Assembly: GCA_965279525.1 (NCBI GenBank)
Contig: CBDIIB010000005.1
Location: 768,001 to 832,000, forward strand
Reading direction: 5' to 3'
Origin: Tagaea sp.
GTDB taxonomy: Bacteria; Pseudomonadota; Alphaproteobacteria; CACIAM-22H2
DNA: 64,000 nt
Shown one piece after another: positions 27,576-37,800 of the stretch. A program made the position numbers and the translations under genes. Numbering within the stretch: position 1 is the first letter of the stretch; each line of letters begins with the position of its first letter. The notes beneath the pieces are model-generated. The model did not search any database. It was given only the letters and a program-made list of their open reading frames with translations, and had not been told where the DNA came from.

Positions 27576-27589
27576 GTGACATGGATCAA
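27576..27589 (-). promoter_or_regulatory. FNR/FixK-type box
   Basis: Minus strand TTGAT-CCAT-GTCAC versus TTGAT-N4-ATCAA, about 75 nt upstream of the EB_dh gene. Confidence 0.6.
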
Positions 27590-27649
27590 GCGCCGCCAGC
27601 CGCGGCGGTGCAATCGCACGGCGCCTAATTCAGCGCCGCGCCGGATGTA

Positions 27650-28246
27650 TCAGGCGAAATCGGCGGCGAGTGCGGCGCGCACGGGCTCGGGCAGGATCGC
27701 CATGTGGCCGTATTCCGGGTGGTCGAGGCCGAGCACGATGCGCGCCCCTTCCTTACGGAACGCCGATATCTGGCCGGCCGAGAACGGGAAGCGCAGGAAG
27801 TGGACGGACGACGTCTTGCCGTCGTCCTTCGTGCGTTCGACGTCGGTCTCGGCGACAGCCGCGATGCGTGCGCCGTCGATCTCGAAGAAGATGTGCCGCT
27901 CGATATGGCCGAGCTTCGCCAGCGTGTTCGCGCGCACGACCGGATCGGGGATCTCGAGCATCAGCGTGGCGACGAGCTCGCTGCCCTGGGGGATAAGCGG
28001 GTTGAACGCCGCCAGCTCGTCGGCGATCTGCGCCTCGCCGCCCTTCTCGATGAACAGCATCTCATGCACCTGATGCCACATCGTCTGGTAACTCTCGAAA
28101 TAGAACGTCGCGACGGGGCCGACTTCCACGCGCCGGCGCTTCTTGGCCGCGACCACGGCTTCGCGCAGCGACTTGCGCTCGCGCGCGTAATCGGCGATCG
28201 GCAGGATGTCGGCGCGCGTGATCTGGCGCTTCAGCGTTGCGGTCAT
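27650..28246 (-). CDS. DUF3501 family protein
   Basis: QVHEML.IEK, ELVATLMLE, SSVHFLRF; in the rubrerythrin operon. Confidence 0.88.
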   Translation of the reverse strand: MTATLKRQITRADILPIADYARERKSLREAVVAAKKRRRVEVGPVATFYFESYQTMWHQVHEMLFIEKGGEAQIADELAAFNPLIPQGSELVATLMLEIPDPVVRANTLAKLGHIERHIFFEIDGARIAAVAETDVERTKDDGKTSSVHFLRFPFSAGQISAFRKEGARIVLGLDHPEYGHMAILPEPVRAALAADFA

Positions 28247-28256
28247 CTTCGGTCTC

Positions 28257-29603
28257 CTAGGCCAGGCCGTAGGCCTTGGCGAACAGCTCGATGGGGTGCA
28301 TCGAATGGTCGATCGTCGGCAGGTCGGCCTCGCCCAGACGCTCGATCCCCTGCACGATGTGCTCGCCCGCAAGCGGGCACTCGGACGCGAGATACGTCTT
28401 GGCGTTCTTGGCGGCCGTGCGTGCGACGGGCTTGCCGACCTTCAGGGCGGTCTCGAAATTGTTCTTCATCACGCCCCACGAACCGCCATGGCCCGAGCAG
28501 CGCTCGATGATGGCCACGTCGATCTTGGGCACGAGGCGCAGCATCTCGGCCGCCTTCGGCCCCATGTTCTGCGCGCGCGCATGGCAGGCGAAGTGCATCG
28601 ACACGCCGCCGTCGAGCGGTTGCAGGCCCGGGGCGAGCCCGTGCTTCTTGTGGATGTCGACGACGTATTCCGACGCGTCAAACGTGGCCTTGGCGAGCTT
28701 GGCGACCAGCGGGTCGTCCGGCACGATCAGCGGCCATTCGAATTTCAGCATCAGCGCGCAGGACGGGATCAGCGCCACGATGTCGTAGCCCTCGTCGATG
28801 AGCGGGCTCATTTCGGCGGCGACGGCGCGCGCACTGGCGGCGACCTTCTCGATCTCGCCATGCTCGAGCTGCGGCATGCCGCAGCACTTCGGGTAGACGA
28901 CCTTGCTGTCGACGCCGTTCTTGGCGAGTACGGCGCGCATCGCCATGCCGATGTTCGGGTTGTTGTAGTTGACGAAGCAGGTCGCGTAGAGCGCGGCCTT
29001 GCGTTTGCCGAAGGCCGGCGCCTTGTCGTTGATCTCGACGCCCTCGCGCTTCGCGCGCACGGCGAGCGTGGCACCGTGGAACTTCGGCAACGCAGCCTCG
29101 GGGTGGACGTCGGCGACCTTGTCGAGCAGGCCGCGCGTCAGCGCGTTCTTCGTGTCGGTCGCCCAGTTGGCGATGCCCGGCGCCATCGACGCGAGCTTGC
29201 CGTTGCGGTCGGTCTTGGTCAGTTCCTTCTCGGCGAAAGGAACCTTGCCCTTCTTTGCTTCGATGGCGCGGTAGCGCAGCATCAGATGCGGGAAATCGAG
29301 ATTGAATTCGTGCGGCGGCACATAGGGGCACTTCGTCAGGAAGCACATGTCGCACAGCGTGCAGGCGTCGACGACGTCCTTGAACGCCGACGACGGCACG
29401 TCTTCCATCACCTCGTTCGGCGAATTGTCGACGAGATCGAAAAGCTTCGGGAAGGAGTCGCACAGGTTGAAGCAGCGCCGGCAGCCGTGGCAGATGTCGA
29501 AAACGCGGCGCAGCTCGGCATCGAGCTTGGCCTCGTCCCAGAAATCGGGATTCTGCCAGTCGATCTTGTGGCGGGTCGGGGCTTCGAGGCTGCCTTCGCG
29601 CAT
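28257..29603 (-). CDS. Fe-S oxidoreductase (GlpC/CCG family, rubrerythrin-associated)
   Basis: CHGCRRCFNLC, CTLCDMC..KCPY, CCGMP, CSGHGG, SECPLA. Confidence 0.9.
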   Translation of the reverse strand: MREGSLEAPTRHKIDWQNPDFWDEAKLDAELRRVFDICHGCRRCFNLCDSFPKLFDLVDNSPNEVMEDVPSSAFKDVVDACTLCDMCFLTKCPYVPPHEFNLDFPHLMLRYRAIEAKKGKVPFAEKELTKTDRNGKLASMAPGIANWATDTKNALTRGLLDKVADVHPEAALPKFHGATLAVRAKREGVEINDKAPAFGKRKAALYATCFVNYNNPNIGMAMRAVLAKNGVDSKVVYPKCCGMPQLEHGEIEKVAASARAVAAEMSPLIDEGYDIVALIPSCALMLKFEWPLIVPDDPLVAKLAKATFDASEYVVDIHKKHGLAPGLQPLDGGVSMHFACHARAQNMGPKAAEMLRLVPKIDVAIIERCSGHGGSWGVMKNNFETALKVGKPVARTAAKNAKTYLASECPLAGEHIVQGIERLGEADLPTIDHSMHPIELFAKAYGLA

Positions 29604-29673
29604 GTCGGACTCCGGTCGGAAACGTAGCGGCCCCCCGCGCGTTCAGCGCGAGGGGCCGGAACGGCAGTGACGC

Positions 29674-30102
29674 TTAGGCCGAGGCCTTGAGCGCTTCGAG
29701 GGTCTTCGAGAACTTGCCGGCGTGCGACTTCTCGGCCTTCGCCAGGGTCTCGAACCAGTCGGCGATCTCGTCGAAGCCTTCCGAGCGCGCGTCCTTCGCC
29801 ATGCCCGGGTACATGTCGGTGTACTCGTGCGTCTCGCCGGCGATCGACGCCTTGAGGTTCAGCTCGGTCGTGCCGATCGGCTCGCCCGTGGCCGGGTCGC
29901 CGGTCTCCTCGAGGAACTCGAGATGGCCGTGCGCGTGGCCGGTCTCGCCTTCCGCCGTCGAGCGGAACACCGCGGCGACGTCGTTGTAGCCTTCCACGTC
30001 CGCCTTCTGGGCGAAGTAGAGGTAGCGGCGGTTGGCCTGGCTTTCGCCGGCGAACGCGTCCTTGAGATGCTTCTCGGTCTTGGTTCCCTTGAGCTTGGGC
30101 AT
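29674..30102 (-). CDS. Rubrerythrin (short type, no rubredoxin domain)
   Basis: [35 protein letters not shown]. Confidence 0.95.
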   Translation of the reverse strand: MPKLKGTKTEKHLKDAFAGESQANRRYLYFAQKADVEGYNDVAAVFRSTAEGETGHAHGHLEFLEETGDPATGEPIGTTELNLKASIAGETHEYTDMYPGMAKDARSEGFDEIADWFETLAKAEKSHAGKFSKTLEALKASA

Positions 30103-30222
30103 GGGAGGCTCCCTCGTTCCATCGGTGGCGATCGGGTCGCCGCATTATGTGTGCGGCCCGCCCCGGGCATTGGCACCCGGGATGGCCACTTATATGGACC
30201 TTGAATCAGGGTCGGTCAATAC

Positions 30223-30239
30223 TCTGGAAACGTTCAAAA
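30223..30239. promoter_or_regulatory. Irr box (ICE)-like site upstream of rubrerythrin
   Basis: TCTGGAA-ACG-TTCAAAA versus TTTAGAA-N3-TTCTAAA. Confidence 0.6.
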
Positions 30240-30273
30240 CTAGATGAGAACTGTTTGCAGTTAATTGGTAATT

Positions 30274-30690
30274 TTATTCTTTGGCGACGCGCACGACGAC
30301 GTCGACGCGCGACACGCGCATGCCTTCGGGCGCCGGCGGCAGGGCCGCCAGCGAGACCTGTTCGGCCGGGATGTCCTGCAGGCGGCCTTCGGCCTCGAAA
30401 TAGAAATGATGGTGCTCGCCGGTGTTGGTGTCGAAATACGAGCGGCCCGGCTCGACGACGACTTCGCGCAGCAGCCCGCTGCGCGTGAACTGGTTGAGCG
30501 TGTTGTAGATCGTGGCGAGCGACACTTCGAGGCCCGCCGCCCGCGCTTCGGCGCGCAGCTGCTCGGCCGTCAGATGGCGGTGGCCGCCCTCCTGCAGCAC
30601 GCGCAGCAGCTGCACGCGCTGGCGCGTCGGGCGCAGGCCCGATTCTTTCAGCCGGGCGATCGCCGGCGAGAAGGGTCGTTCGGTCGTCAT
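30274..30690 (-). CDS. irr: Iron response regulator Irr (Fur family)
   Basis: GLRPTRQR, RHLTAE, SLATIYNTL.QF, YFDTN...HHHFY. Confidence 0.9.
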   Translation of the reverse strand: MTTERPFSPAIARLKESGLRPTRQRVQLLRVLQEGGHRHLTAEQLRAEARAAGLEVSLATIYNTLNQFTRSGLLREVVVEPGRSYFDTNTGEHHHFYFEAEGRLQDIPAEQVSLAALPPAPEGMRVSRVDVVVRVAKE

Positions 30691-30740
30691 GCCTGCTTAT
30701 ATATGGCAACTGCCGGGAAATTGAAAGGTCTGGGCCGGTT

Positions 30741-30757
30741 CCTGGAATCGCTCCAAG
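30741..30757. promoter_or_regulatory. ICE-like site upstream of irr
   Basis: CCTGGAA-TCG-CTCCAAG, about 50 nt upstream of the irr start. Confidence 0.45.
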
Positions 30758-30766
30758 GCCCGGCGC

Positions 30767-31393
30767 CTAGCCCGAAAACCCGAATCCCTGCAGGAAGTCG
30801 TTGAAGAACCGGGCGGCGACCGCGACCCAGATCGTGCCTGTCAGGCGCACGAGCCAGCCCAGCAACAGGGCGAAGACGAAGACCGACGCGAAGAGATAGC
30901 CGAAATCCCCGGCGCCGAGTTCGACGAGCGCCACCCAGCCGGGTGCCAGCATCGCGGCATAGAGGGCAGCCGCGGCCGCGTTCGCGGACCAGAACGCCAT
31001 GCGCTTGCGCAGGCCCTTCAGCACCAGACCGCGGAAGACGAACTCGTCGCACAGGGCCGCGAAGGCGAGACTGACGCTTGCCACGATGAGGCTCGAAGGC
31101 GGGACCGGCGGGATCGCGATCCAGTCCGATCCGGCCAGCACGTCGACGACACGTGCCCCCAGCGTGACCAGGATCGCCACGAGCCACGCTAGCCACGCGA
31201 GCTGGCCCGGGCGCTGGTCGATCGCCAGCCGCGGGTCGAGGCGCTCGACCCAGAAGACCCAGCCCAGCGGCAGCACGACCCAGATCGCCAGCCGCCAGAG
31301 TTCCGCGATCGTCCGGGCGTCCGCCACGTTGTCGGCGGCAAGGTCGCTGACCGGCAGGGCCGCCAGCCGCAGCACCCAGGCGACGAACAGCAC
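30767..31393 (-). CDS. CPBP/CAAX intramembrane protease family protein (start uncertain)
   Basis: DEFVFRG motif and multiple TM helices; the frame stays open to about 31460 with no canonical start. Confidence 0.65.
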   Translation of the reverse strand: MLFVAWVLRLAALPVSDLAADNVADARTIAELWRLAIWVVLPLGWVFWVERLDPRLAIDQRPGQLAWLAWLVAILVTLGARVVDVLAGSDWIAIPPVPPSSLIVASVSLAFAALCDEFVFRGLVLKGLRKRMAFWSANAAAAALYAAMLAPGWVALVELGAGDFGYLFASVFVFALLLGWLVRLTGTIWVAVAARFFNDFLQGFGFSG

Positions 31394-31469
31394 GCCGACG
31401 AACGCGAGCGGCCGCGCGAGCGCTTCCGAGCGCGCGAAATCGTGCGGTCCGGTCAGATGGTGGGGCCGG

Positions 31470-31631
31470 TCAGAAATCGACGCAGCGCCCCGCCCGCTCC
31501 CAGTCGCCGTAGCGGGTGGGTTCCGGCCCCTTCGGCCCGCCGAACTCGGGCGCGGGCTTGGGTGCCGCGGCGGGCTTTGCCGGGGGCCTGGCAGGGTCGG
31601 CAGCGGGCTTTTGAGTGTCGGCGTCGGTCAT
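31470..31631 (-). CDS. DUF1674 / succinate dehydrogenase assembly factor 4 family
   Basis: [25 protein letters not shown]; divergent from htpX. Confidence 0.92.
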   Translation of the reverse strand: MTDADTQKPAADPARPPAKPAAAPKPAPEFGGPKGPEPTRYGDWERAGRCVDF

Positions 31632-31700
31632 GCTTCTAGGATATGCGGCTTTTGCCCGGCCCCGGCAAGTCTTGAACCGGCGGCCCGGCAGCCTTACCTG

Positions 31701-32639
31701 ATGGACATGAACTACGCCAAGACCGCCATCCTGCTGGCCGCCATGACCGGCCTGTTCCTCGCCATCGGCTTCCTGCTCGGCGGCGAGGGCGGCATGGTCA
31801 TCGCGTTCGTCGTCGCCGCCGGCATGAACCTGTTCGCCTACTGGAACGCCGACAAGATGGTGCTTTCCATGTATGGCGCGCGCCAGGTCGGACCCGACGA
31901 GGCGCCAGGATTCCACCGCATCGTCGCCGGGCTTGCCGCCAATGCCGGCCTGCCAATGCCGAAGGTCTTCCTGATCGACGACCCGCAGCCCAACGCGTTC
32001 GCCACGGGCCGCAATCCCGAGAACGCGGCCGTCGCCGCCACGCGCGGACTCTTGGAGATGCTCGACGAGCGCGAGGTCGCCGCCGTGATGGCGCACGAAC
32101 TGGCGCATGTGAAGAACCGCGACACGCTGATCATGACCGTGACCGCGACGATCGCGGGTGCGATCGGCATGCTCGCCAATTTCGCGATGATGTTCGGCGG
32201 CGGCAACCGCGAGCGCGGCGGGCTTGGCATCATCGGCACGATCGCGGTGATGATCGTCGCCCCGCTGGCGGCCAGCCTCGTGCAGATGGCGATCAGCCGC
32301 AGCCGCGAATACGCGGCCGACCGCGCGGGCGGCGAGATCTGCGGCGATCCGCTGGCGCTCGCCTCAGCACTCGAGAAGATCGCGCAGGGTGTGGCGCACA
32401 TCCCGAGCGACGCGGCCGAACGCAATCCCGCGACCGCGCACATGTTCATCATGAACCCGCTGACGGGTGCCGGGATGGACAACCTGTTCTCGACGCATCC
32501 GAACCCGGCCAACCGCATTGCCGCACTGGCCGAACAGGCGCGCGAGATGGGATTGGGCGTTGCACCGGCGGCACGGCGCGCGGCAGCACCCGCCGTCAGC
32601 GGGCGTTTCGCGCCGAAGCGCCGCGGGCCGTGGAACTAG
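31701..32639 (+). CDS. htpX: Zinc metalloprotease HtpX
   Basis: [29 protein letters not shown]. Confidence 0.96.
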   Translation: MDMNYAKTAILLAAMTGLFLAIGFLLGGEGGMVIAFVVAAGMNLFAYWNADKMVLSMYGARQVGPDEAPGFHRIVAGLAANAGLPMPKVFLIDDPQPNAFATGRNPENAAVAATRGLLEMLDEREVAAVMAHELAHVKNRDTLIMTVTATIAGAIGMLANFAMMFGGGNRERGGLGIIGTIAVMIVAPLAASLVQMAISRSREYAADRAGGEICGDPLALASALEKIAQGVAHIPSDAAERNPATAHMFIMNPLTGAGMDNLFSTHPNPANRIAALAEQAREMGLGVAPAARRAAAPAVSGRFAPKRRGPWN

Positions 32640-33230
32640 TTCGAGGATCGCGATCCATCTGATTCGGGGCAATATCAATCCCGGCGCCGCGAAATAGATG
32701 GCGCGATTGAGTTGACATAAGGGCAAAAGGTCAACACGTTAACGGCCGTCGGCGAACGTGTAGTCACTGCCCGGGCTGAATTCAATTGAAGTTCAAAGTT
32801 ACGTATCATCTACCCTGCGGTTCATGCAGAGCCCGTCGATCGCGTTCACCTCATCGTCGATATAGCACTCACCTTTACTAGACGGAAACGCTCACCATAA
32901 TTTGAAGCTTGGCTTGCCTGATCTGCGGATCGAGCGACACCCGATCTTTTGCTGCGGCTGGCAGAAACCTGATTTTGCAATTGATTGCATTTTGGAGGTG
33001 GCCCGGCCACGTCGGAACTTAGATTTCAAGATTCTCGCTGCTCGGCTTCTGGACTGTTTGCAATCAATTGCAGGCCGAAAGACGCCTGCTTTATGCGATC
33101 TGAGAATTTTCCGAGCATCTGGTTGCGCCCTGAGCCCAGTCAGCAGGAGACGGCCGTGCCTCCGTATGGATGAACCCTAGGCTTCTCGTGAGGGACGGAA
33201 ATTTCCGGCTCGTTTCGAGGAGACAAGATC

Positions 33231-34544
33231 ATGCGTCATTCACGCAAGCTGGGCGCCGCCCACCAAAGATCATTTACGGTGCTACTCGGCGGCCTTCCTG
33301 CCAACGAGACGTTCCTTCTGGGTATGGAACGACCACTGATCCGCCGACGCAGCAGTCGCTCGGATCGCTACGCTTGGTATGCACGCTCGGTTTTCGATGG
33401 AAAGACGGTCGAACGTTTCGTCTACGATGATGTCGACCTGTCATCCGAGCAGGTATTGGCGATGCGGGCGATTACCCGAAGGGTCCGTCGCCGTGAGACA
33501 GCCGTCCGCCGGTTGGCCAAAGCCCGGTTCCCGGTACCGCCGGCGCGTATCGTCGCAATGCTCGACGCCCTAGGACCTGCGCTTGGCAAACTCGTTCTGG
33601 TCGATGATTGGGCGCTGATGCTCTACGAGGGCCTGGCCGGTCATCGCGGCTGCGCGTTCGAAGAACCGCTGGTGTATCCGCCATTGTCCTTCGTGCTCGG
33701 TGCCGGACAGGGCGTCGACGATCTCGTCGACCAGATGGAGCTGAGCGGGGGAGATTGGCTCGCCACACCGCAGGATCTGCGCGGGGTCACGCGGATCACC
33801 GGCCCGCTCGGCAAGATCGACCTCTACGACCGGGAGATCGGAGCGCCTGCGGCGCGGATTGCGGCGATCGCGCGAACCGGCGTGATGCTGACGGGCCAAG
33901 GGCTCAACGTGAACGTCCTGTCGCCACTCGATCAGGTGTTTTGGGATGCGTGGCGTGCCTCGATGAACGGGGCGGATGCCGCCATGCGACGTGCCCGTTC
34001 GGCGCGTCTGGCAAGTTGGGCAGCTGAGGTCGAGGCGTGTCGCCAGCCCGTCTTGCAATGGTGGATGGATTTCGCGCCGGGGATCACACGCGCGGCGATC
34101 CGGTCATTTCCCGAGCCCACGCAGATTCTGCTCGCCTTGTCGATGCTGCCCGGGCCACCAGCCGACACACCGGAATATGCCAAATCAGCCGAAATTCCGG
34201 CAGACCTTGCTGAGCCGTCACCGGGGCCAATGCGTCGCGAGCGCATCGAGTGGCGCCCGCGTGAGCACAACGCGTTCGCCGCCTTCAAGCTCGAGATTGA
34301 AGCTGCGCGCGATCGTCTGAACATAAGCCGCGCCCAGTTCCAGACGGCGCTGGCCAAAGCCATGGCCAACAAGCCTGCCGATCTGGCGCAGATCGAGTTC
34401 GTCGAACGCGAGCTCATCGAACTGGAGCTGGAGGAGCGTCGTTGCACCAGACGTCTGTCGATGAAGATCTCCGAACTCGACGCGATGGCGTTAGCGGCAA
34501 TGAACAAGGCGAACATCCGTTCGACCCGAGCCCCTCGCCCGTGA
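33231..34544 (+). CDS. Hypothetical protein, possibly a diverged GSU2403-like nucleotidyltransferase fold with C-terminal coiled coil
   Basis: RBS GAGGAG; YAWY..GKTVERFV, RLAKARFPVP, LVLVDDWALMLYEGLAG recall the GSU2403 family by eye only. Confidence 0.5.
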   Translation: MRHSRKLGAAHQRSFTVLLGGLPANETFLLGMERPLIRRRSSRSDRYAWYARSVFDGKTVERFVYDDVDLSSEQVLAMRAITRRVRRRETAVRRLAKARFPVPPARIVAMLDALGPALGKLVLVDDWALMLYEGLAGHRGCAFEEPLVYPPLSFVLGAGQGVDDLVDQMELSGGDWLATPQDLRGVTRITGPLGKIDLYDREIGAPAARIAAIARTGVMLTGQGLNVNVLSPLDQVFWDAWRASMNGADAAMRRARSARLASWAAEVEACRQPVLQWWMDFAPGITRAAIRSFPEPTQILLALSMLPGPPADTPEYAKSAEIPADLAEPSPGPMRRERIEWRPREHNAFAAFKLEIEAARDRLNISRAQFQTALAKAMANKPADLAQIEFVERELIELELEERRCTRRLSMKISELDAMALAAMNKANIRSTRAPRP

Positions 34545-34712
34545 ACGCTCGGCCCGCGCCGACGAGGTGACGATCCCGGTATAGGCGCAAGGCGTCCGTA
34601 AAATCTCGCCTCGGGCTTCGCATTTAACTTGGTCCCGGCGCTCATTCAGCTACGCTCTGGATACTAACCAACTGTTTTGAAATACATAATTGCACTCACA
34701 AGGAGATGCACG

Positions 34713-35867
34713 ATGCCGCCCGTCTGCCCGCAAATCGACCCCGTCAAGCCGCCCTCGCTTCACCCCCGCCACGCAGCGCTGTTTGCCGCCGATCCGCTGC
34801 TTAGCCGCCGCAGCTTTGCGCTCGGCTGCCAGAAAGGCGACACGGCGTTGGCCGGTACTGCCGCCTGGTCTCTCGCTCTGGAGGGCCATCTCGCGATCCG
34901 CGATCCGATTCTCTACTACGCCATCGAATCGATCGGCTCGGCCGAGCCAGTCCTGGTCGAATTGATGCGCGGTGTATGGGGCGCGCTGCGCCCCGCCTGT
35001 CCATGGGACCCGAGTGCCGAATGGCCGTCGATCGCCAAGACGATCGGCACGCTGGCAAGCGCTCCAACCGGCCTTTCGGCGATGGACCTGCTGCTCCATT
35101 GCGTCTCGCCAGCCGGCGAGGGTTCGCCGTTCTCGACGATGCGCCAGATCCGCCGCCCTGCGCGAAAGCGTGCCCTGCAGGATCGTACGCTGCCACTGGT
35201 CGATCGCCTGGCGGCGGCATTCGCCCTTTCGGATACGTCCGATCCGGTCTGGTCGCCCGAGCCACCATTGGCAGGCGGATCGACCTACGAACTGATGAGT
35301 GCGCTGGCCCGCATGGGCATTCCGGAGTGCCTGCTGGATAGCGTGCACTTCGCAGCCCGCGATCATCTGAGTGCACCGGGATTGGCCCATGCGCTGGTCA
35401 GCTCGACTGACGGCGAAAGCACTCCGATGGCATTGGCGAAAGAGACTGCAGCTCAAGTCGCGGCGATCGAGGCTGGCTGGCTGGATGGGGATACCTGGGG
35501 ACCAAGTGACCTTCCGGACGTCTTCGGGCTCCCGCTGGCGACGTTCGGACTGCCGTGCACGTTCGGGCCTCTGGCGATGGAGGCGGCCCTGATGGAAGAC
35601 GTCCCGGTCATCATCAAGCTTCAAGCACAGTCTGGCGCAGAGCCGATGGCGATCGTCGACACGGTTCTGAAGCGAGCGGATCGCCGTTTGCTACCACGCG
35701 AGCAGGCAGTGGTAGCATTGCCTACCGCGGCGGCACTCGGCGACTTGGGCGCCTTTGCGGACATCGGAGTCGGGCCAGATTCGATAGCGCCGACGGTCAA
35801 ACTTGTACGCCCGCTGTTGCCGAAAATGGCAGCGATCCTGACCAAGCGCCTGACGGTGCTCCGTTGA
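34713..35867 (+). CDS. Hypothetical protein
   Basis: RBS AAGGAG, 384 aa; N-terminal segment weakly resembles the MgsA/RarA C-terminal helical region. Confidence 0.6.
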   Translation: MPPVCPQIDPVKPPSLHPRHAALFAADPLLSRRSFALGCQKGDTALAGTAAWSLALEGHLAIRDPILYYAIESIGSAEPVLVELMRGVWGALRPACPWDPSAEWPSIAKTIGTLASAPTGLSAMDLLLHCVSPAGEGSPFSTMRQIRRPARKRALQDRTLPLVDRLAAAFALSDTSDPVWSPEPPLAGGSTYELMSALARMGIPECLLDSVHFAARDHLSAPGLAHALVSSTDGESTPMALAKETAAQVAAIEAGWLDGDTWGPSDLPDVFGLPLATFGLPCTFGPLAMEAALMEDVPVIIKLQAQSGAEPMAIVDTVLKRADRRLLPREQAVVALPTAAALGDLGAFADIGVGPDSIAPTVKLVRPLLPKMAAILTKRLTVLR

Positions 35868-36292
35868 TGGGCCCGGAGGTGCACGCACAGGCGGCCATGG
35901 CGGCGAGAGCCAATACGGCATTCGTCGGCGAGATCGCACTCCCACTCGAGATCCGCTGTCTTTATGTAAGGCAGGCCCGCCGCGGGTTCATCGCATATCG
36001 CTATACGCCACACTGGCCCACTTACCACATCGCCAGTGGCCTGCTGCAGTCCGGCCCGCCGGAGCTGGACTATATGTTCGGCTTGGTCCTGCCGGCGCGT
36101 CAGTCCCGTTTCATGGGTCTCGGAAACGGGCCGGCTCGAATCGATCTGCCCGGGCTTCTGTACGTGATCCGTGCACATCCCGCCATGCGGGCGGCGGTCG
36201 AGTGCGCCATCGACAACGATGTCCGGCGTCGGGATGGCGCCATCCGACGCGCGCATGGCTTCAGCGGAACCATGCCGGACGACTGGCTTTAG
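35867..36292 (+). CDS. Hypothetical protein
   Basis: ATG overlaps the upstream stop (TGATG); 141 aa. Confidence 0.5.
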   Translation: MGPEVHAQAAMAARANTAFVGEIALPLEIRCLYVRQARRGFIAYRYTPHWPTYHIASGLLQSGPPELDYMFGLVLPARQSRFMGLGNGPARIDLPGLLYVIRAHPAMRAAVECAIDNDVRRRDGAIRRAHGFSGTMPDDWL

Positions 36293-36331
36293 AGGCCAGC
36301 GTCAGGTTCTGAAAATCAGAATGAAAGTTCC

Positions 36332-36607
36332 ATGAAGGAGGTCACCTATATGTTCGAAGCCCGGCCAGGTGCCGTGTTTCGTATCGGATGGCATTGGCTC
36401 AAAGTGATCAAGCCAATTGGCCTTTTTAATCTACGGGTGTTCACCAGCTATGAACGCTACCACGATCTCGACACGTCAACCGCCACGAATGTGTTTCCGC
36501 ACGTCTGGGTCGGACTGACGCTCAGAGCACCGAGCACAGCAATCACGTTCATTGTGCCAATAGGAGTTCCAATACTTTCGCGTAAGGGCTCGAACGAAGC
36601 GCAATAG
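36332..36607 (+). CDS. Small beta-rich hypothetical protein
   Basis: AAGGAGG RBS precedes an internal ATG at 36350, the likely true start. Confidence 0.5.
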   Translation: MKEVTYMFEARPGAVFRIGWHWLKVIKPIGLFNLRVFTSYERYHDLDTSTATNVFPHVWVGLTLRAPSTAITFIVPIGVPILSRKGSNEAQ

Positions 36608-36883
36608 CTAATATTTAGATTTGGCACGATTTTATTGAACAGCTTTACGGACTTTAAAAGATAAGGAATCCTGAGCGCACCGTTTGAGCAGGTTAGATTT
36701 TTTTGCTCCCGTACAAGATATGCCAGGTGCCGGCTTAGCGGCGGTAAGCGGCGGACATCCAACTCGAGTCCCGCACTGTCGTGATCTCGGAGGTTGGGCA
36801 TTCGCATATTGCCCTGACCCTTGCTTCGTAGGGGCATTCTGGTCCACAAGATCGCGTTTGGCCCACTAGAATGGCAAATTAAA

Positions 36884-37693
36884 ATGGGAAGCTTCAGGAC
36901 GGCGTTGAATCGCAGCCTTGCACGGCTCGGCTACCGGCTCGTGCGCACCGGCCGCAACGACATGTCGGCCGTGACCGGACTGCGGCGCGACCTGGGTGCG
37001 CGCATCGAAGCGTCGTGCGACGGCAAGGTGATGACCGGCCCCTTCGCCAGCATGCGCCTGCCGCCCGTCGACGCGTGGGGAGCCAACGACCGGGCACCGC
37101 GCCTGCTGGGAACCTACGAGGCCGACTTGCATCCGGCGATCGAAGCCGAGATCGCGCGCAAGCCCGGCTGGATCTTCAATATCGGGGCTGCCGACGGCTA
37201 CTACGCGGTCGGGCTTGCACGGCGCCTGCCCGAGGCGCGCATCGTCGCCTACGACCCGCTGCCAGAGGCACGCGAAGCCACGCGGCGCGCGGCCGAACTG
37301 AACGGCGTGGGCGGTCCGCGCTGGCAGTTCGCCGCCGCCTTCGATCCCGGGACGTTCCAGCCGCCGGCGGAAGGCGAGCATGGCCTGATGTTCGTGGATT
37401 GCGAGGGCTGCGAAGCGTCGTTCATCGAATCGATGCCGGCATCGGCCTTCGCGCGCGTGTCGCTGCTGATCGAGAGTCACGATTTCATCGTGCCCGGCAT
37501 CGGCAAGCGGCTCGCCGCGCATTTCGCGCCCACGCACGACGTGACAATGATCCGCGAAGGCGGCCGCGATCCCAACCGCTTCGAGATCCTGCGCAAGCTC
37601 GGCAGCTTCGAGCGCCTTCTTGCCGTGACCGAGGACCGCCCCGAAGCGATGGACTGGGTTTGGGCCGTGCCGAAGGTGCTGAATCGGGTCTAA
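36884..37693 (+). CDS. SAM-dependent methyltransferase (FkbM-like)
   Basis: LGTYE, NIGAADGYY, VDCEGCE, IESHD. Confidence 0.8.
   Translation: MGSFRTALNRSLARLGYRLVRTGRNDMSAVTGLRRDLGARIEASCDGKVMTGPFASMRLPPVDAWGANDRAPRLLGTYEADLHPAIEAEIARKPGWIFNIGAADGYYAVGLARRLPEARIVAYDPLPEAREATRRAAELNGVGGPRWQFAAAFDPGTFQPPAEGEHGLMFVDCEGCEASFIESMPASAFARVSLLIESHDFIVPGIGKRLAAHFAPTHDVTMIREGGRDPNRFEILRKLGSFERLLAVTEDRPEAMDWVWAVPKVLNRV
37637..37679 (+). repeat. 43-bp direct repeat, copy 1 (3' end of the methyltransferase gene)
   Basis: CGCCCCGAAGCGATGGACTGGGTTTGGGCCGTGCCGAAGGTGC; 41/43 identical to 44215-44257. Confidence 0.92.
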
Positions 37694-37800
37694 CGTACGA
37701 CGTGCTGGGCGGGGCCGATTCAGCCAGGTGCGATACGAGATGAGCCAGAAACGCAACCGGGAATTCCGGCAGATGCGCACGAAGTTCGGGGAATAGGCCG

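Noticed and set aside
31394-31465. Possible frameshift or non-canonical start of the CPBP protease gene
   Set aside because: The frame is open but a downstream GTG is usable; this cannot be resolved without homolog alignment.
32640-33230. tRNA, integrase remnant or short ORFs (32902-33180, 33170-33430) at the island border
   Set aside because: No cloverleaf or T-loop motif and no recombinase motifs; the ORFs lack an RBS and plausible composition.
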